Positions 47,143 to 56,190 are shown, counted from the stretch's first letter. The stretch is 64,000 bases of DNA from Clostridia bacterium (GCA_017540175.1 JAFYBN010000010.1:16783-80782), one strand, 5' to 3'. The notes: generated by a model not told the origin, from the letters alone. Made by a program: numbers and translations.

Positions 47143-47171
47143 TCATATCCCGAGAGACGTGCGCATATACT
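47143..47171 (+). promoter_or_regulatory. SigmaE-like sporulation promoter for spoIIIA
   Basis: TCATATC-14 nt-CATATACT compared with the B. subtilis sigmaE consensus recalled as ZHATAXX-14-CATACAHT. One mismatch in each box. 52 nt before the spoIIIAA ATG. Confidence 0.6.
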
Positions 47172-47222
47172 GAATCACTACTTTACGGAAACGGGATCAT
47201 TTCGACAGCGGATGGGCGGACC

Positions 47223-48068
47223 ATGGCAGACATTGAAAAAACCGCGCTCTCCTATCTTCCCGCCCGTCTGAGGGACGCGGCGGCGCGCGTGCGGGGAGAC
47301 GAGCCCGTCTCGGAGATCCGGCTCCGGGCGGGCGGGCTGCTCACCCTGACGACGCGGAAAAGCAATCTCTCTTCCGGGGTCTTCTGCACGGCCGCCGAGG
47401 TCGTCGACACCGCGGCGCGGCTGTGCGAGGGCTCCCTCTACGCCCACGCGGACGAGATCCGGGACGGGGTGATCGCGACGGAATCCGGCATCCGCGCCGG
47501 GGTCGCCGGGCACGCGGTCTCGGACGGCGGACGGGTCCTCGCAGTGCGCGACGTGACCTCCGTCAACATGCGAATCCCCCATCGCGTGCCGGGCGCGGCG
47601 GATCCGATCCTTCCCCTGGCGCGGGCGGGGCTGAGTCTCTTGCTCTGCGGCGGCGTCGGCACGGGCAAAACGACCGCGCTCCGCGAGCTCATCGTCCGTC
47701 TGGCGTCCCGGGAATCCAGGCGGCGCGTCTCCGTCATCGACACGCGGTACGAGCTCGGCGCGGGCATCCGGGAGGCGGTGACGGCAGATTTCTTCCGTGG
47801 CTATCCCCGCGCGGCGGGCATGGAAGCGGCAGTCCGCGCCATGTCGCCGGAGTTTTTGATTTGCGACGAGATCGCGGGGAGCGCGGACTGCGAGGCGATC
47901 CGCGCGGTCCGCGCGGCGGGCGTTGCCGTCGCGGCGAGCGCGCACGCCGTATCGGAGGCGGGGCTCACGAAGAACCGCGAAATCGCTTCCCTGCTCGCGG
48001 ACGGGCTGTTTGACGCGCTCGCCTTCATCGGCGCGGATGGAAAAATCGAGGTAAAGCGGCTTGCGTGA
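47223..48068 (+). CDS. spoIIIAA: Stage III sporulation protein AA (ATPase)
   Basis: LLLCGGVGTGKTTALREL Walker A, FLICDEI Walker B. First gene of the AA-AH series. Confidence 0.9.
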   Translation: MADIEKTALSYLPARLRDAAARVRGDEPVSEIRLRAGGLLTLTTRKSNLSSGVFCTAAEVVDTAARLCEGSLYAHADEIRDGVIATESGIRAGVAGHAVSDGGRVLAVRDVTSVNMRIPHRVPGAADPILPLARAGLSLLLCGGVGTGKTTALRELIVRLASRESRRRVSVIDTRYELGAGIREAVTADFFRGYPRAAGMEAAVRAMSPEFLICDEIAGSADCEAIRAVRAAGVAVAASAHAVSEAGLTKNREIASLLADGLFDALAFIGADGKIEVKRLA

Positions 48069-48549
48069 ATGGATCGTCAAAGGGATCGGCGCTCTCCTGC
48101 TGCTCGCGGCGTCCGTGGGGTACGGCTTCTCCATGATCGGGGAGGAAAAGCGGAAGATCCGGGAGCTACGCGCCCTCGTGCGGCTGGTTCGCCACATTCG
48201 GGAGAGCATCGACGGACTGCGGCGTCCCCTGCCCCAGATCTTCGCTGCCTTCTCGGACCCCGCGCTCGCGGAAAACGGATTTCTCCCCCTTCTGCGGGAA
48301 CGGGGCTTCGAGGCCGCGGCAAGGGAGACCCCGTGGCGGCAAACCGAAGAGGTGAAGCGCCTGCTCTCGGACTTCGGCTCCTCGCTCGGTCGGGGATTTG
48401 CCGACGAGGAGCTCGCGCTCTGCCGCTATACGGAGGCAAAGCTCTCGGAAGCGCTCGCCGCGCTCGAAAAAGCCGCCCCCGACCGCGAAAAGCTCTGGCG
48501 CTCGATCCCAGCCCTTCTCGCGCTCTCGGTGATCCTGCTCATGCTGTGA
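48061..48549 (+). CDS. spoIIIAB: Stage III sporulation protein AB
   Basis: N-terminal TM plus the RELRALVRLVRHIRESI pattern. TTG start overlapping the end of spoIIIAA. Confidence 0.8.
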   Translation: MREWIVKGIGALLLLAASVGYGFSMIGEEKRKIRELRALVRLVRHIRESIDGLRRPLPQIFAAFSDPALAENGFLPLLRERGFEAAARETPWRQTEEVKRLLSDFGSSLGRGFADEELALCRYTEAKLSEALAALEKAAPDREKLWRSIPALLALSVILLML

Positions 48550-48690
48550 GGGAGCCGAAGCCGAACGCCGCCATCCCCGTCGCGATCCGCCCGGACGCGC
48601 TGAGCGGGAGGGGCGGCGCGGGGCCCGGCGGCGGGCGGCGCGACGAGGACTTGAATTTCGGAAAAACAGGACATTGATCGGGAGTGGAAA

Positions 48691-48885
48691 ATGGACATCG
48701 CCTTGCTCTTCAAAATCGCCGGGGTGGGGTTTCTCATCGCCGTGGCGCACCAGATCCTTTCAAAATCCGGACGGGACGAACAGGCGCTTCTCTTGTCCCT
48801 GACGGGCATCGTGCTCGTTCTGCTCGTTTTGGTCGGCAAAATCGGAGATCTGTTCTCCGAGATCCGTTCGGTGTTCGGGCTGTGA
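48691..48885 (+). CDS. spoIIIAC: Stage III sporulation protein AC
   Basis: 64 aa, two TM segments, LFKIAGVGFLIAVAHQIL. Confidence 0.9.
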   Translation: MDIALLFKIAGVGFLIAVAHQILSKSGRDEQALLLSLTGIVLVLLVLVGKIGDLFSEIRSVFGL

Positions 48886-49274
48886 AGGACGCCGCCGTGA
48901 TCTGCGCGACGGGCGTCTGTGTCCTGTTCGCCCTTCTCATCGTCCGCGAGGTCCGCAAGGACTGGACGCCCTATCTGCTGCTCGCCGCCGCCCTGCTCTT
49001 CGCCGCGCTGACCCTGCCCGGCGTGCGGGAGATCGTATCCTTCGCCCGGGAGCTTGAGTCGTCGGTCAGGGCGGTCGGGGACGGGGAGGTGACCGGGATC
49101 GTGCTGCGCGCGCTCGGCATCGCGTGGCTGACCTCCGCGGCCGCCGAGCTCTGCCGCGCCTCGGGCGAATCCTCCGTCGCGGGATGGATCGAGACTGCGG
49201 GGCGGGTGGAGCTGATCGCGCTTTCCCTGCCCCTTCTAAAGGAGCTGCTCGCGGCGGCGGGGTTCGCGGGATGA
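48882..49274 (+). CDS. spoIIIAD: Stage III sporulation protein AD
   Basis: Four-TM ~130-aa protein. GTG start overlapping the spoIIIAC stop (GTGA). LRALGIAWLTSAAAELCRASGE. Confidence 0.8.
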   Translation: MKDAAVICATGVCVLFALLIVREVRKDWTPYLLLAAALLFAALTLPGVREIVSFARELESSVRAVGDGEVTGIVLRALGIAWLTSAAAELCRASGESSVAGWIETAGRVELIALSLPLLKELLAAAGFAG

Positions 49275-50431
49275 AACGGGGAGCTCTCTTCTGCGCGGCA
49301 CTGCTCCTCTGCCTCCTGCCCCGCGCCGCTTTCGCGGCACAGGAGCCCGAGGGACGCCGTGAGCTTGTCTTTGAAGCACAGGACGTCGACCCATCCGCCT
49401 CGTGGGACGCGGTGCTGGACGCTTTGCCCGAGGAAGAACGAGGGGAGTTCGGCGATCTTGCCTACCTCTCCTCATCCGCGGGTAACGCGGAAAAAACGCT
49501 CACCGCTCTGCGGGAGAAAACGGGCCTCGCGTGGCTCTGGGAAAAGCTCGCCGCCGCCGTGCGGGACGCGTTTCGGCAGCTTTTTCCCGCGGCGCTTCCC
49601 CTGTTCGCGTCCGTTCTGCTCTCCGCCGCGGCGCAATTCGCGATCCCCTCCGAGGCGATGAGCGATGCGCTCGGCAGGATCCTGCGGCTGTATCAGGCGG
49701 TCGCGATCTTCTCCCTTGCCGCAGAAGCGCTCGCGCTTGCGAAGAACGTGCTTTCCGTGATCTGCGGGGTCATGGAGCTGATGGTCCCCGTCATGGAGGG
49801 CGCGGCGCTGTTCGGCGGTTCGCTGACGGAGAAAACGGTTGCGGCGGCGGGGATGGCGCTCGCGGCGACGCTGGTGAACGAGACCGCGGCAGGCGTTCTC
49901 GTGCCGGTCACGGGACTCTTGCTCGGGCTGACGGCGGCGGAGGCGGCGTGTGGCATGTTCGGGGGACTCGCGGAGGCGGTGAAAAAGATCCTCCTCCGGC
50001 TGTGGCAGATCGTCACGCTCGCCGCCTCGTTCCTGCTCGGCATGCAGACGGTCATCGCGCGCTCGGCGGACACGCTCGGGCTGAGGGCGGCAAAGCTCGC
50101 CCTGTCGTCCTTTCTTCCGGTTGCGGGAGGCGCGGTCGCAGAGGCGTTTTCCACGCTTCGCTCCGGCGCCGTCATGCTCAGAAGCGCCGCGGGGGTCGGC
50201 GGCATTCTCGCGCTTCTTCTGCTGCTCCTCCCCGCGCTCGTACCGCTCGGCGTCATACGGCTCTTTTTTTCCCTCGCCCGCTTCACCGCGGACGCGCTCG
50301 GGCTGAAGGAATCCGCGCACATGCTCGGCGGTGCGGAGGGCGCGGCGGAGTTTCTCGCGGGATTTGTGTTCTATGCAGGGATCATGTTCTTCCTCGCGCT
50401 CGCGGCGTTTGCCGCGGGGGCGGCAGGATGA
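49271..50431 (+). CDS. spoIIIAE: Stage III sporulation protein AE
   Basis: Signal peptide plus a polytopic membrane domain (SSFLPVAGGAVAEAFSTLRSG). ATGA overlap with spoIIIAD. Confidence 0.85.
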   Translation: MKRGALFCAALLLCLLPRAAFAAQEPEGRRELVFEAQDVDPSASWDAVLDALPEEERGEFGDLAYLSSSAGNAEKTLTALREKTGLAWLWEKLAAAVRDAFRQLFPAALPLFASVLLSAAAQFAIPSEAMSDALGRILRLYQAVAIFSLAAEALALAKNVLSVICGVMELMVPVMEGAALFGGSLTEKTVAAAGMALAATLVNETAAGVLVPVTGLLLGLTAAEAACGMFGGLAEAVKKILLRLWQIVTLAASFLLGMQTVIARSADTLGLRAAKLALSSFLPVAGGAVAEAFSTLRSGAVMLRSAAGVGGILALLLLLLPALVPLGVIRLFFSLARFTADALGLKESAHMLGGAEGAAEFLAGFVFYAGIMFFLALAAFAAGAAG

Positions 50432-50499
50432 GGAAAACCGGAGCGGCCGCCGACGCGTTTCAGAAAACAAAAGCGGCGGACGCAACAGGAGGCGAGCCG

Positions 50500-50952
50500 A
50501 TGAATTCCTTTGTCACTTCCCTGCTCGCCGTCGCCGCGCTCGCGGAGCTCGCCGGGGCGCTCTCCCCGCCGAAGGCGAGGGATCCGATCCGGCGCATTGC
50601 GTTCCTCGCCGCCCTGCTCGTTCTGATCGCGCCGATCCGCGCCCTGTACGAAAACCGCGAAGATCTGCTTTCGCGCACCGCCGATTTGCTGGATACGGAT
50701 TTGGCGTTCGATCCCGCCTCCGCGGACTGCAGGCTGACCGCGGGGGTGATCTTCCGCTGTGCCGCAGACAAATGGAAGATCGCGGCAGAGCGGGTGAAGA
50801 TCGTATTCACCGAGGAAGGCGGAGCCGTGCGCGCCGTGCGCGTCGAGATCAAAAACTGCCCCTACGCGATCCGCGCGGAGCTCGAAAAAGAACTGCGGGC
50901 CGCGCTGTCGCCGGACGGAGGGGTCGAAATCGTCGTTCTGGGAGGGAGGTGA
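50500..50952 (+). CDS. spoIIIAF: Stage III sporulation protein AF
   Basis: Position and N-terminal hydrophobic segments. AGGAGG 8 nt before the ATG at 50500. An alternative ATG at 50428 overlaps the spoIIIAE stop. Confidence 0.65.
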   Translation: MNSFVTSLLAVAALAELAGALSPPKARDPIRRIAFLAALLVLIAPIRALYENREDLLSRTADLLDTDLAFDPASADCRLTAGVIFRCAADKWKIAAERVKIVFTEEGGAVRAVRVEIKNCPYAIRAELEKELRAALSPDGGVEIVVLGGR

Positions 50953-50958
50953 AATCCT

Positions 50959-51336
50959 GTGAAAAAACTGGGACGAAACGCGTGGATCCTCATTCTGCTC
51001 GGTCTGCTCGGGGCGCTGTTGCTCCTGCTCGGCGGCCTGCTCGGCGGCGGGGGCGGGGAGGAGGACGCGGACTACGCGGATTATCTCGAACGGCGCGCGC
51101 GGCGGCTGTGTCTGAGCATTGACGGCGTAAAGGAAGCGGAAGTCTTTCTGACCCTCGAGCGCGACGTGAAAACGGGCGGCTTCTCCGATTCACAGACGCC
51201 GAATCCCGCCGTCCGCGGCGTCGCGGTCGTCTGCACGAACGGGGACGCGCCGCGGATCCGGAAAGCGGTGACGGAGCTGCTCTCCGCCGCGCTCGGCATC
51301 CCGTCCAGCCGCGTGCGCGTAGCAGGAAACGGATAA
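50959..51336 (+). CDS. spoIIIAG: Stage III sporulation protein AG (short form)
   Basis: N-terminal TM and a C-terminal VRGVAVVC...IRKAVTELLSAALGIPSSRVRV block like SpoIIIAG. GTG start with a GGAGGGAGG RBS. Confidence 0.75.
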   Translation: MKKLGRNAWILILLGLLGALLLLLGGLLGGGGGEEDADYADYLERRARRLCLSIDGVKEAEVFLTLERDVKTGGFSDSQTPNPAVRGVAVVCTNGDAPRIRKAVTELLSAALGIPSSRVRVAGNG

Positions 51337-51570
51337 AAGGGCGCGGTGGCATAAGCGACACCGCGTGCGCGTAGCGGGAAACGGATAAAAGGGCGCGGCA
51401 GCATACGCGACGCCGCGTGCGCGTTGCGGGAAACGGATAAAAAGGCGCGGCAGCATACGCGACGCCGCGTGCGCGTAGCGGGAACCGGATAAAAAGGCGC
51501 GGCGGCATAAGCGACGCCGCGTTCGCGTTGCGGGAAACGGATAAAAAAACGCGCGGCGGCATAAACGGAG
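51311..51570. repeat. Five tandem copies of a 52-bp repeat (period exactly 52)
   Basis: Unit starts at 51311, 51363, 51415, 51467 and 51519 (GCGTGCGCGTAGCGGGAAACGGATAAAAGGGCGCGG..GCATA.GCGAC.CC). Copy 1 contains the last 26 nt of spoIIIAG, including its stop codon. Confidence 0.9.
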
Positions 51571-51614
51571 CCGAGCGCGCATAGAATGGAGCGAAACTGA
51601 ACCCGGAGGTGCTT

Positions 51615-52205
51615 ATGAAAGAAAAATGGAGCCGTTTTCTTGAAAAATGCCGCGCAGTCGCGAAAAAGGCGGGCGCGCGCGGCGCGATCGCGGTCTGCGC
51701 GGTGCTGATCATCGGCGGAGCGGTCGCTCTGAACTTAATTCTCGCGGACAAGGAAAAGCCGAACCGTCTCATGGTCGATCTCTCAAAGCCCGCGGACGAC
51801 GCCGCGCTCCAGGTCGGCGAGGAGCAGGACGAAGAGCTGAATGCCGGGGACGCGATCGACACCTTCGCGTCCATCACGCTCGAGCGGCGTCAGGCGCGGG
51901 ATGAGGCGCTCGAGGTGCTGAAAACCGTGGCGGACAGCGAAACCGCTCTTGCCGAAGCGAAAAACGCGGCGGGCGTGGAAATCAGCCGCATCGCGTCGGG
52001 AATGGAACGGGAGGCGAACATTGAGGCCCTGATGCAGTCGAGGGGATTCATGCCCTGCGTGGCGGTGCTGTCCGATACCGGGTGCAGCGTCATCGTCGGA
52101 ACGGAAGGACTGATGCAGAGCGACGTCGCGCAGATTTCGGAAATCGTATGGGAGCAGGCGGGCATCTCGCCGGAGAATCTGAGGATCATCGAGAAGAAGC
52201 CGTAA
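51615..52205 (+). CDS. spoIIIAH: Stage III sporulation protein AH
   Basis: N-terminal TM, acidic linker and a C-terminal YscJ/FliF-like region (FASITLERRQARDEALE...VAVLSDTGCSVIV). GGAGG RBS. Confidence 0.8.
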   Translation: MKEKWSRFLEKCRAVAKKAGARGAIAVCAVLIIGGAVALNLILADKEKPNRLMVDLSKPADDAALQVGEEQDEELNAGDAIDTFASITLERRQARDEALEVLKTVADSETALAEAKNAAGVEISRIASGMEREANIEALMQSRGFMPCVAVLSDTGCSVIVGTEGLMQSDVAQISEIVWEQAGISPENLRIIEKKP

Positions 52206-52222
52206 AACTAATAGGGGAAACA

Positions 52223-52350
52223 AACGCGGCTTCTTGTAAGAAGCCTGGCAAGAACTTTCATACGACTGGAACAGCGGACCGCTCAAAGTGCAGTTCGGGG
52301 TAATGTGAAGCGAAGCGAAGAGTCGTTTTCGATTTCTTCGTGATGACATT
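52223..52350 (+). repeat. Copy B of the ~130-nt conserved structured element (first copy at 5264-5394)
   Basis: Same conserved blocks as copy A. Hairpin GGCTTCTT/AAGAAGCC at 52228-52245 covaries with copy A. Confidence 0.5.
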
Positions 52351-52383
52351 CGCATGAAAAGTGTATAAATCACCGTTTACGGG

Positions 52384-52421
52384 ACGGAGCCGCGCTTTGA
52401 TTCGCGCGGCTCCGTTTTTTG
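52384..52421 (+). terminator. Strong intrinsic terminator after spoIIIAH/element B
   Basis: 12-bp stem ACGGAGCCGCGC/GCGCGGCTCCGT, 8-nt loop, then TTTTTT. Confidence 0.8.
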
Positions 52422-52478
52422 TTCTTCTTTTTTCCGTTTCCTGCGGGGCCCTCCCCGCTCTTTTCGCCGTCCGGCGTC

Positions 52479-55400
52479 TCAGTTCTTCGCGGGAGGCAGG
52501 GGCGGGTCCTTCGGAAGCTCCATTACGTCCTCCGCCGCGGGAAGTCCGCCGAAGAACATGTCGTAGAGCCAGCCGAACAAAGCGGATGAGGTGTTTTTCA
52601 GGATCTCGGTCAAATCCAGCTCCACCATGAGTTCCATGGCGGGCGTCAATTCGAGGTTTTCCGCCTGGGGATCCGCGGCGGAGCCCATCAGCGGGAAGGA
52701 GAACTTCAGACTGTTGGCTTTCATCCAGAATCCTATCGCCTTTTCGGTCTTATCCGGATTGTCGTGGACGTATGCGCCGCCCGCGCCCGTCAGCTCGGTC
52801 AGATACTTTTCGACGATCTCGGCTTTCTTGATGTCGGCGTCCGCCTTCATCCAATACTCCTTATTGCCCGCGACCACCGAATATTGATGGGACAGCTTCT
52901 GGTCGCCGAGGTCGATCTTCGCCCTCTCGCCGAGATTCTTGCCGAGGAAGCGGTTCAGCGCGCTGTCCTCCCCGAGTTTTTTGTTGATGAACGCGCTGAT
53001 CTTCGGCCCGATCTCGTTTTTGAATTTCGGGCTGTCCAGCCACTGCTTGAACATCATGCCGGCGGCGATCTTCAGCGCCGTCACCGTCAGGTCCTTGAAC
53101 GCCGCCATGACCGCGCCGTAGAAGTCGTTCTCGCCCTTCTCGAGGCTGAGAAGATAGTTGTTGAATACGGCGAACACGAAGTACCCGCCCATGATCGTGC
53201 AGGCGTATTTGATCTTTGCCGGGTCTGCCATCCCGGAGGACGCGAGCCAGCTCACGCCGTCCGAAACGCCGCCCGAGACGAAATTGTCCCCCGCGTTCTT
53301 GATCTGATCGTAGATCTCGAGTTTTTTCGGGTCGAATTTCGTGCCCCAGACGATGTTCACGCCGACCTCGCCCAACGCGTTCACCGCGACGTCCTTCGCC
53401 GGGGTGATGATCGCCTCAAGCGGTCCGGTGTACGCCGCGACCACGTACGAGAACGCGCAGTCGCCGATCCATTTGACCCATTCGAGCCCCCACACCGTCC
53501 AGTCGAGGGCATTCGCCGTCCACTGATCCTTCGAGTGCTGTTCCGTCCAGAACTTCATGTAGGCGCGCACGATGTCCTTTGACATCAGGCGCAGCTCCCA
53601 CGTCGAGATACGGCACGTGTCGCCCGCGGCGATCTTCTCGAGCTGTTCGAGGTTGTACGCCTTCTGTTCCGGCAGGGAGAATTTTTCGATCCGCTCCCGG
53701 GTCTTTTCGTATTCCTTCTCCCACGCCTCCATCGGGTCGATATCCTTGCCGCGGAGCCTCAGCGGGACGTCGACGCGGTATTCCCGCGCGCCGACCGTAC
53801 ACCGGATCGGCAAAACCGTCAGGAAGAACATGCCGTCCTCGGGCTCCCACAGGCGGGAGTTCGGCTCAAAATCGCAGATGTGCTTTCTGTTGAACACGCT
53901 GAAGCTGACCTTGTACCGGTACTTTTCGGCGATATTCTCTTCCTCTTCCGCAGGGGCGCCCCTGCCGTCCGCGCCTCTGAGCTGTTCGCAGGAGAACTGC
54001 ATGCCCGCGGGGTCGACGAGTGTTCGGTCTTCGCCCTTCACGGCGAGGGTGAACGTCATTTCACTGACCTGCCACGGGTTGTCGAGCCCGCCCGCGTTTT
54101 CATTCTCATACGCCTGCACGCGGATGTATTCGATCCCGTTCTTCTCCTCCGCGGCGCGGGAATCGATTGTCAGACCCTCGGGCCAGAGCGTGACGCCGAT
54201 CCAGCCCGTAAGGGGTTCCTTTTCCCCGTCGACCTTCACGCGGAAGCCGAAGGTCTTGTTCCGGGGCTTCGCGAACAGGCCGCGCGCCGTTTCGGGCGCG
54301 GTGCGGTTCTTCACGAGCAGCCGGTAGACAGCGGGCTGCCCGGTCTTCTCGAAGGAGACGTCGAAGCCGTCTTCCCGGTCCGCCTCGAAGTCGGCGAGCT
54401 CGGGAGCCCTCGGCGCGTCGACGACCGCGAAGGCTGCCGTATAGGTGAAGCCGTCGCCCGGGATCATGTCGAAGGACCAGTTTTCGCCGAGCAGGGCGGA
54501 GCCGCCGCCCGGTTCCGCTTCTTCGATGAATCTGAGGCTCGGTCCGTCCACAAGGCGGAAGACGACGCTGTTTGTGAACTGCCCGCCCTCGCCGTCATAG
54601 ATAAAGCGGATCGCCGCCGTGTCGTTTTCATTGTTTTCGGGGACGCTGACCGTCGTTTCGCAGTACCGCCCGGCGAGGAGAGTGCCGTGGATGATCATGC
54701 CCTCGCCCGCGGCGCGGATGTTCGCCGTGAGATCATCCCGGTCCGTCTCTTTTCCGCCCGAGACCTCCGCCATGCGGGCGCGGATCTTCACGGGTTCCCC
54801 GCCCCGGCGGATCGCGTCGCCGAAGTCCTTCTGGACGTACATTTTATAGCTCTTTCTCTTCTTTTGATCCCCGTTCTGACCGGAGAGGGCGGCAGCCGCC
54901 GCGATGCCCGCAACCGCGCCGCCCACGCTGACCGCGACCGCGACGGGAACCGAGACGCCGCCGGAATCGCCGCCCGTCCCCTCGACGATCTCGCTTGAGA
55001 CGGTCACGCCGCCGTCCTCGCCGGGGGTGTTTTCCGCGTTCTGGGTCACGCTCTCGTATTCGAAATCCTTCAGGATCACGGGCTCTTCCCACTCGATCAC
55101 AAAATTCGAGGGCGTGGTCAGGTATTCGGCGGCGTTCAGGGCGAGATAATCCGATTTGACCGAAAAATGGCGGTCCAGATAGCCCTGGTATTTTTCCGCG
55201 TGCTTCTCGGGTTTGTAGTCGTTCAAGAAGAAGCGTCCCGTGCCGATCTCGAAGCAGGTCTTGGCCGACGCGACGAAATGGACGTTCGGAATCCCCTCGA
55301 TCCGGAAGACGCGCAGCAGCCAGATGATCTCCTTGTACCCGAACGCGCCTTCGTCGTTTTCATATTCGTCGTACAGATGAAGACTCATGAGGGTGCTGCC

Positions 55401-55925
55401 GTCTTCCTCCTCGGTTATCTTCAGGGGATCCGCGATCTCGTTTTCAAGGCTCGTGCGCCAGGAAAGATTGCCGGGGGTTTTGCCGCTCATTTCGACGTCC
55501 AGCTTTTTCTTCCAGTCCTCCACGGTACCCGCGAACGATTCCATCTCGTCTTCGATCGCGTTGATGTAAATCCGGGTCCCGCCTTCTATGGACTCGGAGC
55601 CGACGTAAAGCGTCTCGTCTTCGTAGTCGTACCCGAAGACGGCGGACTCGGGGAGCATGGGGAGCGTTACGCGGGCTCTCTGTTCGATGTACTCTCCCTT
55701 TCCCTTGACATAGCCTTCCAAATCCACGAAAGCGTCAAAGTAGAGCTTCTTCTCCCACAGTGTCCTCCCGCTGATTTCTTTGTCCGTATACGCCTCGGTG
55801 TAGGCGTCTCCCGTTGTAAACTGCTTATACGGATACGGGCGGATCTCATCCGCCGCGGCCGGGAAGCAGAGCGCGGACAAAAGCATTCCAACGAGCGCGA
55901 GCCATGCGAAAACACGCTTTTTCAT
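52479..55925 (-). CDS. Large (1148 aa) signal-peptide-bearing membrane protein of unknown function
   Basis: Signal peptide (WLALVGMLLSALCFPAAA), a central TM (VPVAVAVSVGGAVAGIAAAAAL) and hydrophobic C-terminal segments. AAGGAGG RBS. No recognisable domain. Confidence 0.8.
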   Translation of the reverse strand: MKKRVFAWLALVGMLLSALCFPAAADEIRPYPYKQFTTGDAYTEAYTDKEISGRTLWEKKLYFDAFVDLEGYVKGKGEYIEQRARVTLPMLPESAVFGYDYEDETLYVGSESIEGGTRIYINAIEDEMESFAGTVEDWKKKLDVEMSGKTPGNLSWRTSLENEIADPLKITEEEDGSTLMSLHLYDEYENDEGAFGYKEIIWLLRVFRIEGIPNVHFVASAKTCFEIGTGRFFLNDYKPEKHAEKYQGYLDRHFSVKSDYLALNAAEYLTTPSNFVIEWEEPVILKDFEYESVTQNAENTPGEDGGVTVSSEIVEGTGGDSGGVSVPVAVAVSVGGAVAGIAAAAALSGQNGDQKKRKSYKMYVQKDFGDAIRRGGEPVKIRARMAEVSGGKETDRDDLTANIRAAGEGMIIHGTLLAGRYCETTVSVPENNENDTAAIRFIYDGEGGQFTNSVVFRLVDGPSLRFIEEAEPGGGSALLGENWSFDMIPGDGFTYTAAFAVVDAPRAPELADFEADREDGFDVSFEKTGQPAVYRLLVKNRTAPETARGLFAKPRNKTFGFRVKVDGEKEPLTGWIGVTLWPEGLTIDSRAAEEKNGIEYIRVQAYENENAGGLDNPWQVSEMTFTLAVKGEDRTLVDPAGMQFSCEQLRGADGRGAPAEEEENIAEKYRYKVSFSVFNRKHICDFEPNSRLWEPEDGMFFLTVLPIRCTVGAREYRVDVPLRLRGKDIDPMEAWEKEYEKTRERIEKFSLPEQKAYNLEQLEKIAAGDTCRISTWELRLMSKDIVRAYMKFWTEQHSKDQWTANALDWTVWGLEWVKWIGDCAFSYVVAAYTGPLEAIITPAKDVAVNALGEVGVNIVWGTKFDPKKLEIYDQIKNAGDNFVSGGVSDGVSWLASSGMADPAKIKYACTIMGGYFVFAVFNNYLLSLEKGENDFYGAVMAAFKDLTVTALKIAAGMMFKQWLDSPKFKNEIGPKISAFINKKLGEDSALNRFLGKNLGERAKIDLGDQKLSHQYSVVAGNKEYWMKADADIKKAEIVEKYLTELTGAGGAYVHDNPDKTEKAIGFWMKANSLKFSFPLMGSAADPQAENLELTPAMELMVELDLTEILKNTSSALFGWLYDMFFGGLPAAEDVMELPKDPPLPPAKN

Positions 55926-56073
55926 AGTGCAGCGCCTCCTTTTCGGGGAAGTCCGGTTATCTTCTTTATCTCAATTATATCAGACGCTCCGCGGGAATAC
56001 AAGACGTTCAACTGTTTTTTCGCGCCGCCGTGCGTTTTCCGGCTTTTTTCCGCCGTGAAAAAAGCTCCGCGTC

Positions 56074-56102
56074 TTGCAATCGGCGCAGAGATATGTTATA
56101 AT
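56074..56102 (+). promoter_or_regulatory. SigmaA-type promoter TTGCAA-N17-TGtTATAAT for tRNA-Leu
   Basis: TTGCAA 56074-56079, 17 nt, TATAAT 56097-56102. The tRNA starts 9 nt later. Confidence 0.7.
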
Positions 56103-56110
56103 GCTGACAT

Positions 56111-56190
56111 GCGGGTATGGCGGAACTGGCAGACGCGACGGATTTAGGATCCGTTGGGCAACCGTGCAGGTTCAAGTCCTGTTACCCGCA
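56111..56190 (+). tRNA. tRNA-Leu (anticodon UAG), CCA not encoded
   Basis: Acceptor GCGGGTA/TACCCGC, D-arm GCGGAACTGGCAGACGC, anticodon arm ACGGA-TTTAGGA-TCCGT, long variable arm, T-arm with TTCAAGT. Confidence 0.85.

Noticed and set aside
51311-51570. A CRISPR array.
   Set aside because: The 52-bp units abut each other with no unique spacers, and no cas genes are present. It is a plain tandem repeat.
5264-52350. The two ~130-nt direct repeats 47 kb apart, considered as attL/attR of a large integrated element.
   Set aside because: The interval contains core housekeeping and sporulation genes (mutS2, era, recO, prfB, recG, tsaEB, spoIIIA). It has no integrase, transposase or phage genes. The covarying hairpin fits a structured RNA or REP-type element better.
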